Source: a virus. Taken from it: a DNA stretch of 35,264 nucleotides. Below, piece after piece: positions 22,978 through 32,716 of the stretch. The stretch lies in IMG/VR virus record IMGVR_UViG_3300009702_000012, positions 1-35,264 of that record; one strand, written 5' to 3'. The first letter of the stretch is position 1. Every line of letters starts with the position of its first letter. The notes under the pieces were generated by a model. It was not told the origin of the DNA. It made no database searches and saw only the letters and a list, made by a program, of their open reading frames with translations. Made by a program: the position numbers and the translations under genes.

Positions 22978-24620
22978 TGCCCTATCCAGAATTTGACCCT
23001 AATGCTATTATGGCTTCGCCGGAGTTTCAAAAAGCGGCAAATAAGTTAGCCGAAGGTGACCCCAGCAAGTTAGTCTCTGTTAGAAAATATTTACTTGGAA
23101 AACTTCAACAGCGTTATAGCGAAGATAAGAGAATGGCGGCCAAAATTCCTTTCGGCGGACAGCCTACTCTCTCAAGAAGTATGGGAGATGTGCTCGCTGG
23201 GCGGCCAGCCACCCCGCCAGCGGCAGGACCAAACCTAAATGATATTGCTGCTCGCACCCAAGTTCCTACGGCTCCTATTGATGCTGGTGCCGAACTTATG
23301 CCGCATACATCGGTGAATTATCAGCGGTTGCTTCAAGGATTGCGCGATGGAATGGATAATCAGTCCGCACTTATCGCCGCAACTGAACGGCGTGTGCTTC
23401 CAAGAGAAGTGGTAACTGACATTTCAGCCGGTGTTCCGCTACGGGCGGCTATGTCTGCCTTTGAAAAGAAGCGCACTTTGACAGGGCCAAGCGAAGCAGA
23501 AAGAATGGCTGCGTTTGGAGCGGCATTACCAGTAGAGAGACCTACTTTTGGCGGAGATAGTTTTACTGCCGAAGGCATAAGACCATCAGACCCAGGATAT
23601 TATAAGCCAAATTTGCCTAACGCAGAACCAGGTTATGCGGAATCAGATGTTAATGCTATCTTAAATCCAGCAGCACCTGTTTCACCCGAATATGCGGCAG
23701 CCAGAAAAAGAGCATTAAATATGCTGCGGCGACAGGTTCACGGTGAAGAAGTCGATAGAACACAGCGTATAGCAGATGCGGATACATTACGCAAAGAGCA
23801 AAAAACAGCACGCGATATTCAAGCAGGTATTGGTGAAATAGATAAAGTGAATATTAAAGCATTGATGGCCGAAGCCCAAAAGAACCTTAAAAAGGCAGGT
23901 GTCAATACAGAATCAGATTTAACACCAGAGCAAAAAAGAACCCAGGCTGTTATTGATAAATTAGGTATGAGAGAAGAGTTGAAAAACTTAAATCCAGACC
24001 AACCAATAGATACGCAAGAAATAATAGCGCAAAAACTTCAAGAACGCGGCGTAAGTGATAATACTGCTAAGGCATTAGAAAAAACATTCTCTACTTTAAC
24101 AGAACTTCCAAGATTTTCAGAAGATGATATGATGACTTTTCAACGTCCAAATAGTGGGGAAAAGGTATTAGAGTTGGTTCAATCAGGAAAACCAATCGAT
24201 ACATTATTAAAGGTATTAGATAATCAAATAGGTTATAGAAGTAAATTTGCAGCACGCGGTTCCAGTATATTACCACTTATGCCATCTTATGAAAAATACT
24301 TAGAAAAAATATTATATGGCTCTACTATGCAGGGTGACCACCTAATGAAAAAGCAAATTTATCCGGCCATTGATAGGATGATTGATACTGTGATGAATGG
24401 TGGTTATTATCCAATAGAAGTTATTAGCGCTTGGAATAAAGTTGCTGAAAAAGTATTAGATGAATATCCAGATAGAGCAAAAGCAGATATTCAAAATAGA
24501 ATTCAAGACAGAATTAGATATTATTATAGCGCATTAATATCTGGAAAAATACCTTCCGCTCTTACGAAAACATCTGATGCGGTAGAAAATATCTTAAATC
24601 CAAAGAAGCAAAATGCCTAA
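22977..24620 (+). CDS. Putative internal core protein (547 aa)
   Basis: Position is analogous to T7 gp15, directly before the giant ORF. Confidence 0.4.
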   Translation: MPYPEFDPNAIMASPEFQKAANKLAEGDPSKLVSVRKYLLGKLQQRYSEDKRMAAKIPFGGQPTLSRSMGDVLAGRPATPPAAGPNLNDIAARTQVPTAPIDAGAELMPHTSVNYQRLLQGLRDGMDNQSALIAATERRVLPREVVTDISAGVPLRAAMSAFEKKRTLTGPSEAERMAAFGAALPVERPTFGGDSFTAEGIRPSDPGYYKPNLPNAEPGYAESDVNAILNPAAPVSPEYAAARKRALNMLRRQVHGEEVDRTQRIADADTLRKEQKTARDIQAGIGEIDKVNIKALMAEAQKNLKKAGVNTESDLTPEQKRTQAVIDKLGMREELKNLNPDQPIDTQEIIAQKLQERGVSDNTAKALEKTFSTLTELPRFSEDDMMTFQRPNSGEKVLELVQSGKPIDTLLKVLDNQIGYRSKFAARGSSILPLMPSYEKYLEKILYGSTMQGDHLMKKQIYPAIDRMIDTVMNGGYYPIEVISAWNKVAEKVLDEYPDRAKADIQNRIQDRIRYYYSALISGKIPSALTKTSDAVENILNPKKQNA

Positions 24621-27600
24621 AACATTTCTAAATAACCCAATTTCCATAGAAGAAGCATCTAAACCTGAGCCATTTCATTATTCTCAGGGCTTCTTAGGTA
24701 ATTTAGGTTTCGTCTTAAATAGACCCACTAAAGGTGTTCAAGATTTACTTTCTGGACACCCTGGCCGTGCCGTAGCCAATATAGGACAGTTCTTCGCTGA
24801 ATTAGCAACACTTGGTTATGCCCCTAATAATCTTTTGATAGATGAAAAGGATGACCAACAGTGGGGATTGCTTGCCGACATCTTTCTTGACCCACTTCTT
24901 TATGTGGGACTGCCTACCAACGCCATTGAAAAGGTGGGCGTTAAAACGGCAGGTATGCTTGATAAAGTATTGGCTGCAGGAAGCAAAGGCATTGAGAGTG
25001 TCTCAGAAATCAAGAGAGGCTTACAGGTTGCTTTACAGGACACAGCTCACGCATTAGTCAAATATCGCACGCCGCAACTTGCTAAAAGTTTAGGGATTGT
25101 CGGCGAAGATACGGCCAAAATGGGCGCCAAAGTTGCCGAACTCCTAAAAGAAGATGTTGATAGACTTTTCAGAGAAGGTCTCAAGCCTACCGGTAAAGAA
25201 TTAGTAAGCAATGTGGCTGAGAAACTTTCGAGTAAAACTGCTATTCCTGGCATTATCAAGCCAGCATTTCACGCTGGCGGCACCACGTTTGGTTTCGACC
25301 AGATTGCGGCCCTTCTATCACTTGACCTATTTGGCTTGGTGCCTAAACTAACTGGTGGAAGAAGTTTGCGCTCTGCGCTATCTTGGCTGATAACACCATT
25401 AGAGTTCAGCAAAGAAGTTCCTATTCTTGGTAAAGGTATTCCTGTTGGAATTGCTTCTGAACCCATCGCTAAATTGCTCGGCAAAACAGGAAAAGTTGCT
25501 GGAAAAATACCTACTGCTGGACCAGCATTGGAAGGCTTATTTAGCGGCCTATCTAAATACCTGAAAGTTTTAACCACAGCCCGAAGTGGCCCTGGACGCA
25601 TCGCCCTATCTGACTTTACATATAATTTGCCCCCATTCCTTCTAATGAAGAATATAGTGGCTGGTCCCATAGGGCGCGCAACAGCAAAAGCATTCTCGAA
25701 GAATAAAGCAGAGACTGAGATTGGAAACAGGCTGACACACCGCTACTTCATTGACTTAGCAGGCTCTCACCAGCAGGCACAGCGTGATTTAATTGAGGCT
25801 CTTACTATTGACGGCAAAGTTATTCCAGTTGAAGAATATCAAAAATACGCTGATATTTATGGTAAAAAAGTAGTTGATTTCTTACAGCAAAAGATGGATG
25901 AAGTAGGTATTAAGCAGACCATTTATACGCCTGAAATTGCTAATGAAGCCAACCGAATTGCTATGGAAGGTATGCCTGAATGGTTTGGTAAAGCAAGAAG
26001 TAAAATTGAAAGAAAACTTCAAGGTTTGGCTGGTATATCTCAAAAAGGCAAAGCACTCCAAGGATATTCTTTTAATGATAATGGTAGAGTTATTATTAAT
26101 GCTATTAATGATGCGATTGATGTGGCTAAAAACCCAGCAGGACGCATCAAACATACTTTCATTAATGAACTTTTGGGAAAGTATTTAGATGCTGGTCAAC
26201 CCGTTACAGCGTTTAGATATTTTACGCTCCACGAACATCCGTTTGAACTCTTAAATGCCGAGGGTGAGACCATCTCCGCCATAAAAGGCCTGAATGATTT
26301 AGTTAAACACGAGATACAGAAGATTGCTGATAAATATGGTGTTAAACTTGAAGAGTTAGGAAACATTGGTCCTATTATTGAGGAGGAGCAGGCAGCGACA
26401 TTAATGCGCACATCGGTTAATAGAAATAAAGATATAGCGCTAAATAGATTAATCGATGAAAGCAAAGATAAACTTGGCACCAAATTATCATCTGCTATTG
26501 AGGCTTGGCGTTTTAATGTTCCGCAACTTCAAGAAGGCGCGCAAACTTTCGAACCAACTATGGAAAGAGTTGGTAGCATCATAAATGACATCAAAGAAAG
26601 AGCGGATGTGTTGCGTGACCCAGAAGTGGCGCGGCATTTCCAGCAAAGATTGGCTACTGCGTTAAGAGCCACCGATAAGCCAGAACTTGCTAATTTAATT
26701 GAAAATATTCCAGACGGCAAAACTTTATTAAGTAAAGTTAAAGAGATGGAAGCCGAACTTCCAAATCTTGGCGAGCAGTTAAATATTACTGCCCCAGCCA
26801 AAAAATTAACATTAAAAGATAAAGAAATTCAGTTTAGAAGTAAAGAGCATAAAGGCCCTGGCACACCACATTTCAACGCAGGAGATGCCGAAGTTTGGCG
26901 TGAAGCCAATGATGCGCAGAAATACGGCGATTCTTTTCTATCGAATAAGATTTATGATGAGTATAAGAAAGCAGGAATACACACGCCAGAAGGTAAAACC
27001 TATGGAGAGATTACGCGAGCCACAGCGCGTCTTGCTGAAATCATCAAAATAAATAAAACACTATCACAGGAACCATTCCAGCATGTAGCCGAAATGGATA
27101 GCCTAACCAGCATTATCCGCGATGGTATTAAGAAGTTAGTTGGTGGAGCAGGAAAAGAAACCGCAAATCTATCTAAACTGCGCGCACCGCAAGTTATTCA
27201 GGGCGAGATACGCCAACTATCAGAGGAGTATAAGGCGCTGGATAAGTTTAGCCCGCAGCGTAAAGAAATCTCCAAAAAGATAGGAGAGTTGGAACACGAA
27301 CTCAAAGACTCGATTGCGGAGCAGAAACAGGGCAAGCGCTTTGGTCCTGGCACGCCTAAATATCGGCCTGATGACTTTGAAGAAATGCCGCTGAAAAATG
27401 TAACTATTGGGATGTTAAGAAAACTGCGCGAAAATGACTTTCCATTTATAGTGCGCGTTCCAAAGGGCGGCTATGATGCGGCGCTTAAAGCAGGCGTCAA
27501 ACCAAGCGAGATGGCTCTTGAACCCATTACAGCCGATGAGATGCTGAAACTCAAGCAGACCATAATGAAACGTTTAGAGGGCAAGAAAGAAGCGCCCGAC

Positions 27601-30600
27601 CTATTTAAGAATATGAGCGGCAGAACTCTTGAAAGCAAAGCCAATAATATTAGGGAGAGACTGAATAAAACAGACTTAGGAAAGATTGAAAGAGCGCAAC
27701 TTGAAGCAGACCTAATACGCACGCAAAATGAATTAAAAGGGCGTCCTATTGACTTGAAGAAAGATTTAGAGTTTGGCGCCAAAACTGTCTATAGAGAAGC
27801 AGATAAAGCAGCGCGCGAATTATTCCCTGACGCACCCATCAAAACACTTTACCAACATCCACAGTTGAAACCACTCGGCAGAAAACTGAATGAACTTTCT
27901 GACGCTTTGGAAACTGGCGAAGAGGCCGCTGTAAATACAGCCATAGATGGTGTAAAGGCAGAAATCAAAAAACTCGGTGCTGATTTAGATAAACCACATT
28001 ATGGGCCTGGAACACCAAACGCCAAATATGTCGAGCAGAGATTAGGGAGAAAACTCAAAAAAGAAGAGAAGGCCGTCCTAACCGAAATTATCTTCCGCAC
28101 CACAGAAGGAACACCAGAAGCGATAAAGCGCGCCTATAAGAAGATTGCCGAAGTTTCAAAGACTGATATGGCGTTCGCGCAATCCCTAACTACCGAAATG
28201 GTGAAGCGTGGGCAGTTTGCCGACAAAACGCATAAAATGGCGTGGGTCAATCTTATTAGGCAAGTAGAATTGAAGAAAGCATATAAGCACGCACGCGCCG
28301 TTGAAAAGGGCGCCTTTGACCTACTTGAAAAAATGGAAAAGGATGCGGGCTTTTTCGGTCAGGCTCAAAAGAAGTTCTTTGATTATGAAAAAAGATTGAA
28401 GAACAGCGCCGAAGTTAAAAAGTATGAAAACCTACTTCACTTACGCGTTCAATCAACAGATACCGCCGCTATGCTAAAATGGGAGATGGATAATCTCGGT
28501 GGATTGCGACTATCCCACGATGTTATTTCTCATCCCTATTTGGCTGTTCAACCATTAATTGCCGGAGAAGACCTAACTCGAATGAGAAAGTATCTGGAAA
28601 CTCTCCAAGGTAAAATGGAGTATATCAACTATAACTTGGACTTGGTGCGCCGAGCAGACATAGAAGTCCGTCGCGTAGGAAGCACTATGCTTCCCGATGG
28701 TGGTGCTATTGAGCCTATTATGGGACCAACATTCCACCACACTACCAAGTTTAAGTATGTCCGCAAACAGGTCAGCGAAATTAGACGGCTGCTAAATACA
28801 TCTATCAAAAATGGTGGCTTTGGACCAACCGCAAAAATTTTAGTCAGCAAAAAAATGCAGATGCTGGAAGACTTTGAGGCTTTATTCAAAGTAGCAGTTA
28901 GAAATCGCGCAACAGCAAAAGCCGTTGAAATAATGGCGGACTATACCGATTTAGCAAAGAATGTAGCCGAGCAGTTAGCCAGAGAAGGAAAGAAATTTGG
29001 CTCTCGGGTGATTAGACCACCTTCTACTGAATTTTTGAGAGGGTTTAAGAAGTTAGTCGAAACTCCCAAACAGTCTGTTGCCGAAATGGCTAAAACATTA
29101 GCCGAAACTAAACTTCCAAAGGCTATTCAGGATGTCTTGGATAAAATCCCTGAGAAAGATAAGTTAGCAGAAGAAGCAATCAAGAGATTAAATCTTGATA
29201 AGTTGATAAAGAAAACCGACGATATTGAAGCGGCTCTTAAATCTATGGGCGTAGATGTTGCTAAAATAAGACCTGAGATGGCTATCGAAGCCGAAAAATC
29301 ATATGCTATTAAAGAAATAGAAAGAGCAATGAAGTCGGGTGATGTTGGCGGCGATTTAAGCCTGGCTATCTCTAAACGCAAGAGAGCAGAGAAAATTCTA
29401 ACCCAACTCGAAAAGGGAGGGGCGGAAGCAAGCCGTATAAGTAAGCAAAAAAGTATTATAAAAGATTTAGATGAAGAAATCAAAGATATTATCAAGTCTT
29501 CTAAATCAGGCATCCGAAAAGGCGTAGGTATTTCTCAGTTAGAAGCAATGGCGAAAGACATCAACGCATTAGAGAAAGCGGGAGATGTTGAAAAAGCCGC
29601 AGAACTTGAAGTCCACTATAATAAGTTAATCAAGTTAAGAAATGCTGTTTTTGCCAAGAAAATCCCATCGCGGTTCGTCAGAGAACAGAAGATTTATTAC
29701 GGCCTGTTTAATGAAGTAGATAATGCCGCAAATGCCGCAATACGCCGCCATCTTGAAAAGCCATTCGAGGCTATGGACGCTTTACTTGGTAAGCCAACCA
29801 CCTATCCAAAGGAAGCAATTGAAGAGTTTGCCGCCACCATTGAAGATGTAGTAGGCAAAGGTAGAAACGCTGATATTATGAAAGGTCTTTTACTTGAAGG
29901 TAAGACTGGAAGAGAATTGGCTAAAACCTATAAACTTGACCCATCAATGATAACGCGGGTGAAGAATAAGTATTTAGAAGATATTAAGTCTGAACTCTTC
30001 AAGAAAAATAATATTAGACTACGGAGAGGGGCAATCAAACCATCAACAGGTGAGTTTGCTGGCCCTAAATCCTATAAAAACCCAGCATTAGATGAAGCAA
30101 TCCATGACTTCAATAGGTATACCAACTATACCAAGAAATGGAGAGAAGAATTGCTGGCTGCCGTTAAAGATGGGACAGCCACACCAGAAGATATCAAAGC
30201 ATTCCATCAGGTTAGATTGAAGATACGGAGATTGCGTCGAAAGTTCGCTAAACACGCACGCTTTAATAACATCAAGTTAGAAACATCGCCGCGGACTATC
30301 CCTGGAAATACAGGGCCTGGAACAGCCGCAGCAAGAAAAATATCCAGTGTATCAAAACTTGACTTGCCGATGGATAGAATGCTCGAAGGATTTATTCGCC
30401 ACGAACGGGGAATAGGGATTAAAAAGCCTAATATTATTCAGCGCGGCATTGAAGCATTTGCGCGCGAATGGATGGGGCTACCATCTCTAATCAAGAGTGT
30501 TTCTATGGCGACAGCAAAAGGAGACCCAACCAAAGCAATCAAGATTTGGACGGACAGCAAATTCTTACGCAGCATCATAGAGAGTAATTTGGTTCAGCGT

Positions 30601-32007
30601 GGCGGTTTCAAAGCGCTATCAACAGTAGGCATAGGACCAATTATCTTCCCTGGCTTCCACATTAGAAACGCACTTTCGGCACCTACGCAGGCACTCTTCC
30701 ATAGGTTCGGCGATATAGAAATGGGAACACGCGCATCACTGGTCGGGCTAACTTCAGCCATAGATGGCGCAGTAGCAGTAGTCCCAGAACTCTTGAAATC
30801 AATCTCAAGTAAGTTAAAACTCAAGCCACTTGAAAAATTATTCGATTTATTAAGTAATATACGCCCAACTACTCGATTGAGTAAGTTATCAAAATTGGCA
30901 TGGGCACATTCATTTAATAAACTGGATGAACTTGAAAAAGTTAAGATTAAGCCTATTCAGTTAGAAAAGCTCTGGCAACCAACATCTAAGACGGCGGCAG
31001 GATATAAAGCAGCTGTCAAAGCATTAGAAGAAGATGGCTGGAAAATCATAGGCGGTGATATCGCCAAAAGAGAACCTTTGACTATAACCAAAAAGGTTAC
31101 CAACGGCAAAGACTTTATGGAAATAGCAGAGCAGTATGGAGTTATTGAAGGATTTGCGTCAAGCGAAATTATCACCAAACTCGGTAAACGCGTCAGTTTG
31201 GCTGGCGGAACAGGTCAGGCAGTAGAGACAGGTATGCGCCTAACTATGTGGAAACACTTTTTAGAACAGGGTATGAACCAAGTTGACGCTTCTATTTTAG
31301 TGCGAGAAATCCTATATGATTATAGCACACTTGGAAGTGCGGATAGAACAGTTCGCGCTCTATTCCCCTTTGGTAAGTTCACTATGGAAGCAGTTCCATC
31401 TGCTCTGAAAACTTTGAAAGAACGCCCAGGCATCATAAATCTACTAAGAAAGACGGTGGGCCACGGCGATAATAGCGAAATCCGTATGAAGTTTGACGGC
31501 AAAACATACGTCGTCGGCGTCTCTAACATCTTGGATACGCTGGCTATCTTTGGCTCTGAGGAGGGTGCGCGCCGCACGCTGGAAAAGGACTTTGGAATGG
31601 CGTCTCCTGTCATCACTGGGCCTATTCAACTCATAGCAGGTCGCTCATTCTGGCGGGGACGCAAACTGACAGTATGGAACATTATTGGAATGGTTCCTGG
31701 AATACGCGCCGTTTCCATAGTTAACCAACTATCAGGTGATGCTATTAGGTCAGCCGTTCAGGACACTATGAAGCGGAAGAAAGAAAGTTTTATGAAGAGA
31801 CTTATCCCGGTCCTAACTGGACTGAGACCGCGGCAAATTGACTTAAAGAAAGAAGCGTTGCGAGACATTCGCAACTATCTATATCATATTTTAGAAAGTC
31901 CTACGGAAACTGGTCTGTGGGAATATAGAAATTTGGTAACCACGGATACGGCTTCTCCCGAACTTATCCAGATATTGAAGAAATATAATGGAATGAGGAA
32001 GAAATGA
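24613..32007 (+). CDS. Giant virion-associated protein (2464 aa), putative internal core / ejection protein with an embedded HTH
   Basis: A single uninterrupted ORF, 21% of the genome. Position is analogous to T7 gp16. Lys/Glu/Ala-rich helical centre, four G-P-G-T-(P/A) motifs, and a sigma-r4-like HTH at aa 1750-1792. Confidence 0.55.
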   Translation: MPKTFLNNPISIEEASKPEPFHYSQGFLGNLGFVLNRPTKGVQDLLSGHPGRAVANIGQFFAELATLGYAPNNLLIDEKDDQQWGLLADIFLDPLLYVGLPTNAIEKVGVKTAGMLDKVLAAGSKGIESVSEIKRGLQVALQDTAHALVKYRTPQLAKSLGIVGEDTAKMGAKVAELLKEDVDRLFREGLKPTGKELVSNVAEKLSSKTAIPGIIKPAFHAGGTTFGFDQIAALLSLDLFGLVPKLTGGRSLRSALSWLITPLEFSKEVPILGKGIPVGIASEPIAKLLGKTGKVAGKIPTAGPALEGLFSGLSKYLKVLTTARSGPGRIALSDFTYNLPPFLLMKNIVAGPIGRATAKAFSKNKAETEIGNRLTHRYFIDLAGSHQQAQRDLIEALTIDGKVIPVEEYQKYADIYGKKVVDFLQQKMDEVGIKQTIYTPEIANEANRIAMEGMPEWFGKARSKIERKLQGLAGISQKGKALQGYSFNDNGRVIINAINDAIDVAKNPAGRIKHTFINELLGKYLDAGQPVTAFRYFTLHEHPFELLNAEGETISAIKGLNDLVKHEIQKIADKYGVKLEELGNIGPIIEEEQAATLMRTSVNRNKDIALNRLIDESKDKLGTKLSSAIEAWRFNVPQLQEGAQTFEPTMERVGSIINDIKERADVLRDPEVARHFQQRLATALRATDKPELANLIENIPDGKTLLSKVKEMEAELPNLGEQLNITAPAKKLTLKDKEIQFRSKEHKGPGTPHFNAGDAEVWREANDAQKYGDSFLSNKIYDEYKKAGIHTPEGKTYGEITRATARLAEIIKINKTLSQEPFQHVAEMDSLTSIIRDGIKKLVGGAGKETANLSKLRAPQVIQGEIRQLSEEYKALDKFSPQRKEISKKIGELEHELKDSIAEQKQGKRFGPGTPKYRPDDFEEMPLKNVTIGMLRKLRENDFPFIVRVPKGGYDAALKAGVKPSEMALEPITADEMLKLKQTIMKRLEGKKEAPDLFKNMSGRTLESKANNIRERLNKTDLGKIERAQLEADLIRTQNELKGRPIDLKKDLEFGAKTVYREADKAARELFPDAPIKTLYQHPQLKPLGRKLNELSDALETGEEAAVNTAIDGVKAEIKKLGADLDKPHYGPGTPNAKYVEQRLGRKLKKEEKAVLTEIIFRTTEGTPEAIKRAYKKIAEVSKTDMAFAQSLTTEMVKRGQFADKTHKMAWVNLIRQVELKKAYKHARAVEKGAFDLLEKMEKDAGFFGQAQKKFFDYEKRLKNSAEVKKYENLLHLRVQSTDTAAMLKWEMDNLGGLRLSHDVISHPYLAVQPLIAGEDLTRMRKYLETLQGKMEYINYNLDLVRRADIEVRRVGSTMLPDGGAIEPIMGPTFHHTTKFKYVRKQVSEIRRLLNTSIKNGGFGPTAKILVSKKMQMLEDFEALFKVAVRNRATAKAVEIMADYTDLAKNVAEQLAREGKKFGSRVIRPPSTEFLRGFKKLVETPKQSVAEMAKTLAETKLPKAIQDVLDKIPEKDKLAEEAIKRLNLDKLIKKTDDIEAALKSMGVDVAKIRPEMAIEAEKSYAIKEIERAMKSGDVGGDLSLAISKRKRAEKILTQLEKGGAEASRISKQKSIIKDLDEEIKDIIKSSKSGIRKGVGISQLEAMAKDINALEKAGDVEKAAELEVHYNKLIKLRNAVFAKKIPSRFVREQKIYYGLFNEVDNAANAAIRRHLEKPFEAMDALLGKPTTYPKEAIEEFAATIEDVVGKGRNADIMKGLLLEGKTGRELAKTYKLDPSMITRVKNKYLEDIKSELFKKNNIRLRRGAIKPSTGEFAGPKSYKNPALDEAIHDFNRYTNYTKKWREELLAAVKDGTATPEDIKAFHQVRLKIRRLRRKFAKHARFNNIKLETSPRTIPGNTGPGTAAARKISSVSKLDLPMDRMLEGFIRHERGIGIKKPNIIQRGIEAFAREWMGLPSLIKSVSMATAKGDPTKAIKIWTDSKFLRSIIESNLVQRGGFKALSTVGIGPIIFPGFHIRNALSAPTQALFHRFGDIEMGTRASLVGLTSAIDGAVAVVPELLKSISSKLKLKPLEKLFDLLSNIRPTTRLSKLSKLAWAHSFNKLDELEKVKIKPIQLEKLWQPTSKTAAGYKAAVKALEEDGWKIIGGDIAKREPLTITKKVTNGKDFMEIAEQYGVIEGFASSEIITKLGKRVSLAGGTGQAVETGMRLTMWKHFLEQGMNQVDASILVREILYDYSTLGSADRTVRALFPFGKFTMEAVPSALKTLKERPGIINLLRKTVGHGDNSEIRMKFDGKTYVVGVSNILDTLAIFGSEEGARRTLEKDFGMASPVITGPIQLIAGRSFWRGRKLTVWNIIGMVPGIRAVSIVNQLSGDAIRSAVQDTMKRKKESFMKRLIPVLTGLRPRQIDLKKEALRDIRNYLYHILESPTETGLWEYRNLVTTDTASPELIQILKKYNGMRKK

Positions 32008-32249
32008 TGGATTGGGTTATTCAAATTTTAGATAAGTTTGGCGTTTGGACACTGGCCTTAGCGATATCTTGGGTTATTATCTATCAAATGTATCGGCGTA
32101 TGTCAAAAGAAATATCTGATTTGCGTGCTATGATATTAGATAAAGATGAAATAATCAATATGCTTATGGAAAAGCGTATGGAAGATTTTGATAAAGCCAT
32201 TAGTTTAGCCCAAAAAGCCAAGAAAATCTTAAAAAATAATGGATTTTAG
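32004..32249 (+). CDS. Small membrane protein with one N-terminal TM helix plus coiled coil (81 aa); holin/spanin-type candidate
   Basis: VWTLALAISWVIIYQMY hydrophobic segment followed by a charged helix. ATGA overlap with the giant ORF. Confidence 0.45.
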   Translation: MMDWVIQILDKFGVWTLALAISWVIIYQMYRRMSKEISDLRAMILDKDEIINMLMEKRMEDFDKAISLAQKAKKILKNNGF

Positions 32250-32271
32250 CGTTTGAGGAGCGACAGATATA

Positions 32272-32382
32272 ATGGAAGTATCACTGGAAGAAATTGAGCA
32301 GCGTCTCGACGAACGGCTCAAAGAAATTTTAGAATTAGAGCGAGAACTAGAAATTCTCGAAAAGGAGAAAGAAGATGAGTAG
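32272..32382 (+). CDS. Possible 36-aa coiled-coil peptide (not in the ORF track)
   Basis: GAGGAG lies 11 nt upstream. MEVSLEEIEQRLDERLKEILELERELEILEKEKEDE. Overlaps the next start. Confidence 0.3.
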   Translation: MEVSLEEIEQRLDERLKEILELERELEILEKEKEDE

Positions 32383-32716
32383 ATTAGCAGGCGCTGCTGG
32401 GCGTAAGACCGATTTCTACGGTGTAGCTTTTACGGCTGGTGCTACCAGCGGGCTATCCGTGGCTTCCGGCTCGCTTACCGAACTCACCGCTGGTCTGAAT
32501 AATAGAGTTGAGATAGCAGTTCAAAATGTAGATACCACCGATGCCATCTATATTGGATTTGATGCTAATATGGTAGTTTCGGCTGCTAATGTTGGTAATC
32601 TTTTCCGCATTGCTGCTGGCGAAACTTTTTCTTTTGCCGTAACTGAGGATGTGCCGCTTTATGGCGTAACTTTGGTTACTGGCACCACAGACACACGCAT
32701 AATGGAATTAAGATAG
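32375..32716 (+). CDS. Small beta-rich virion protein (113 aa)
   Basis: AAGGAG SD. Lies upstream of the LamG and fibre genes. Confidence 0.55.
   Translation: MSRLAGAAGRKTDFYGVAFTAGATSGLSVASGSLTELTAGLNNRVEIAVQNVDTTDAIYIGFDANMVVSAANVGNLFRIAAGETFSFAVTEDVPLYGVTLVTGTTDTRIMELR

Noticed and set aside
29881-29904. GLLLEGKT matches the Walker A regular expression GxxxxGK(T/S) in the giant ORF
   Set aside because: The loop positions are filled by Leu residues. There is no preceding beta-strand or downstream Walker B, and the segment reads better as helix 1-2 of an HTH.
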